A stretch of 63,043 nucleotides of DNA, filler included, from Hyphochytrium catenoides (Eukaryota; Protista; Hyphochytriomycota), in assembly GCA_900088475.1 (NCBI GenBank). It is 10 parts of 10 records of this genome, joined end to end, with 100 filler letters (N's around TTAATTAATTAA, not from the genome) between each part and the next. Parts side by side here need not be neighbours in the genome. Positions count along the whole stretch, not along the records: positions 58,569 to 61,775 come from FLMG01001527.1; positions 61,876 to 63,043 come from FLMG01003402.1; 8 more parts are not named here. The stretch is one strand, 5' to 3'. The translations under genes were made by a program, and so were the position numbers. Of this stretch, positions 61,709 to 63,043 are shown one piece after another (within the stretch, counting starts at the first letter, position 1; each line of letters begins with the position of its first letter). The notes beneath the pieces were generated by a model. It ran no database searches. It saw only the letters and a list, made by a program, of their open reading frames with translations, and was not told the origin of the DNA.

Positions 61709-62179
61709 CTCTCTACTCTCTCCTGTTTGCATGTCATTCTCATAGCTTGCATACATAGGCTTTATAGGACTTAGGNNNNNNNNNNNNNNNNNNNNNNNNN
61801 NNNNNNNNNNNNNNNNNNNTTAATTAATTAANNNNNNNNNNNNNNNNNNNNNNNNNNNNNNNNNNNNNNNNNNNNGTCTGCAGAACCAGAATGAGTAGGC
61901 TGACTGCCTTATAAAGTCTTCTGACAGCTCGTGTTGCTGAGCCAGGACTATTATATCATCCTTCCAAAGTGGTTGCTCTAGCAGTCATGAGTCTTCTTCT
62001 CAACTTTGCCAGTTTCTTATTACGCCTTGAGGCCATCCGCAACTTGGTACACTTTTTCAGACAACGAACGGGATGAGGATAATCTTGACTAAGGTCGAGG
62101 AGGGGTGCAGCGTGGTGGATAAAGCTAAGTGTGCCAAACAGCGCAGCAAGATCTCAAGCGCTATGGACGAGCTTGCATG

Positions 62180-62800
62180 GGTTGTTTGATGCCAACAGAT
62201 GAAGGCCAGGCACGATGCGCTTGCTGGACTTTTGCATCCACGACCTGTGACCGGCATCATCTGCGTGATTATAGACATTTTTAAGCAGGCGACAGGGACA
62301 TCTTATCCGCGTACACAAGGACGATGGAGCAGATGAGAACATGAAGCGGCGTATCTTTCCTTTATGTGGCTTATCAGAGGTCATTATCTCGGGCCGAGAT
62401 CCAAGATTTGGCAGCAACAACTCCAGCGGGCTTGTGGGCACGAAGGTTGAACTCTCTACTACTGCCCATCATCATCCTCAGACAGATGGACAGAGCAAGA
62501 GGACGATACGTACGTTGATGGATGCCATGTGGCATCAAACCGCACATTATGCTGATCGTCGGGCGGCTGCTGATGATGATCTTGTTAGCAGCAGCAACAA
62601 CCGGATTGATGGTTTCTATTGGCACTGGTCCTGTTGTTCTCTGGCGATAGCGGGGCAGTCCTTGGTCACACTGTCATCTACTGAAGCAGAGCTCATCCCG
62701 CTGACAGACTGATCAAAGAAGTTATTTGGCTGAAAGCTATTGGTGTCACAGATCGCAAAGACCAAACCCTCAGATGGTCCTCCTTCCATTCTCTACAGCG
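62180..62800 (+). mobile_element. Mixed LTR debris: Ty3/Gypsy integrase fragment followed by Copia RNase H fragment
   Basis: IFPLCGLSEVIISGRDPRF and TAHHHPQTDGQSKRTIRTL are Gypsy integrase-like; QSLVTLSSTEAEL and KEVIWLK are Copia RNase H-like. Confidence 0.75.
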
Positions 62801-63043
62801 ATAGTGCTAACGCTTCTGGGTTGGTTCTTAAGGACTTCGTCTCTTCTTTCCGCTTTCCGGAATCTCCAGAGAACAGGACCAGCGCCAAAATAAACCACAA
62901 AGCCGGTTGTCGACTTTCTGCTAGCAGGATCACCAGGAGCAGCAAGTCACCATAGGCCGTAAGAGAAAACGATGAGAAGACCAACAGCAAAGGGCTAAGT
63001 CCGGGACGGTTGCAGTTGATTAAGGACATGAGTGCTCCGAGAA

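Overview
Eukaryotic nuclear DNA with the standard code, GT-AG introns and very dense (GA/TC)n microsatellites. It is not one locus: nine 100-bp spacers (44 N + TTAATTAATTAA + 44 N) join about 10 contigs, so adjacency across spacers means nothing. Contig 1 (1-20712) carries a 6-exon DUF1624/HGSNAT-like membrane protein, a Tup1-type corepressor, SUMO E2 Ubc9, and an intronless 1012-aa APS kinase-ATP sulfurylase-pyrophosphatase fusion. That fusion has an N-terminal signal-anchor-like helix and is the best candidate for a little-described system (membrane-tethered or luminal PAPS synthesis). Later contigs hold a TRPV-like channel, a YcnI/DUF1775-like protein with a GPI-type tail, and a secreted S8 subtilisin inside a head-to-head inverted duplication whose second copy lost its 5' part. 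They also hold a surface protein built from two 10-Cys modules, an IQ-motif protein, a ~290-bp foldback, two minisatellites, and Copia/Gypsy/other transposon debris, including a Copia with scrambled domain order. All family calls come from recognising motifs by eye; no searches were run, exon boundaries are approximate, and the organism is not identified.
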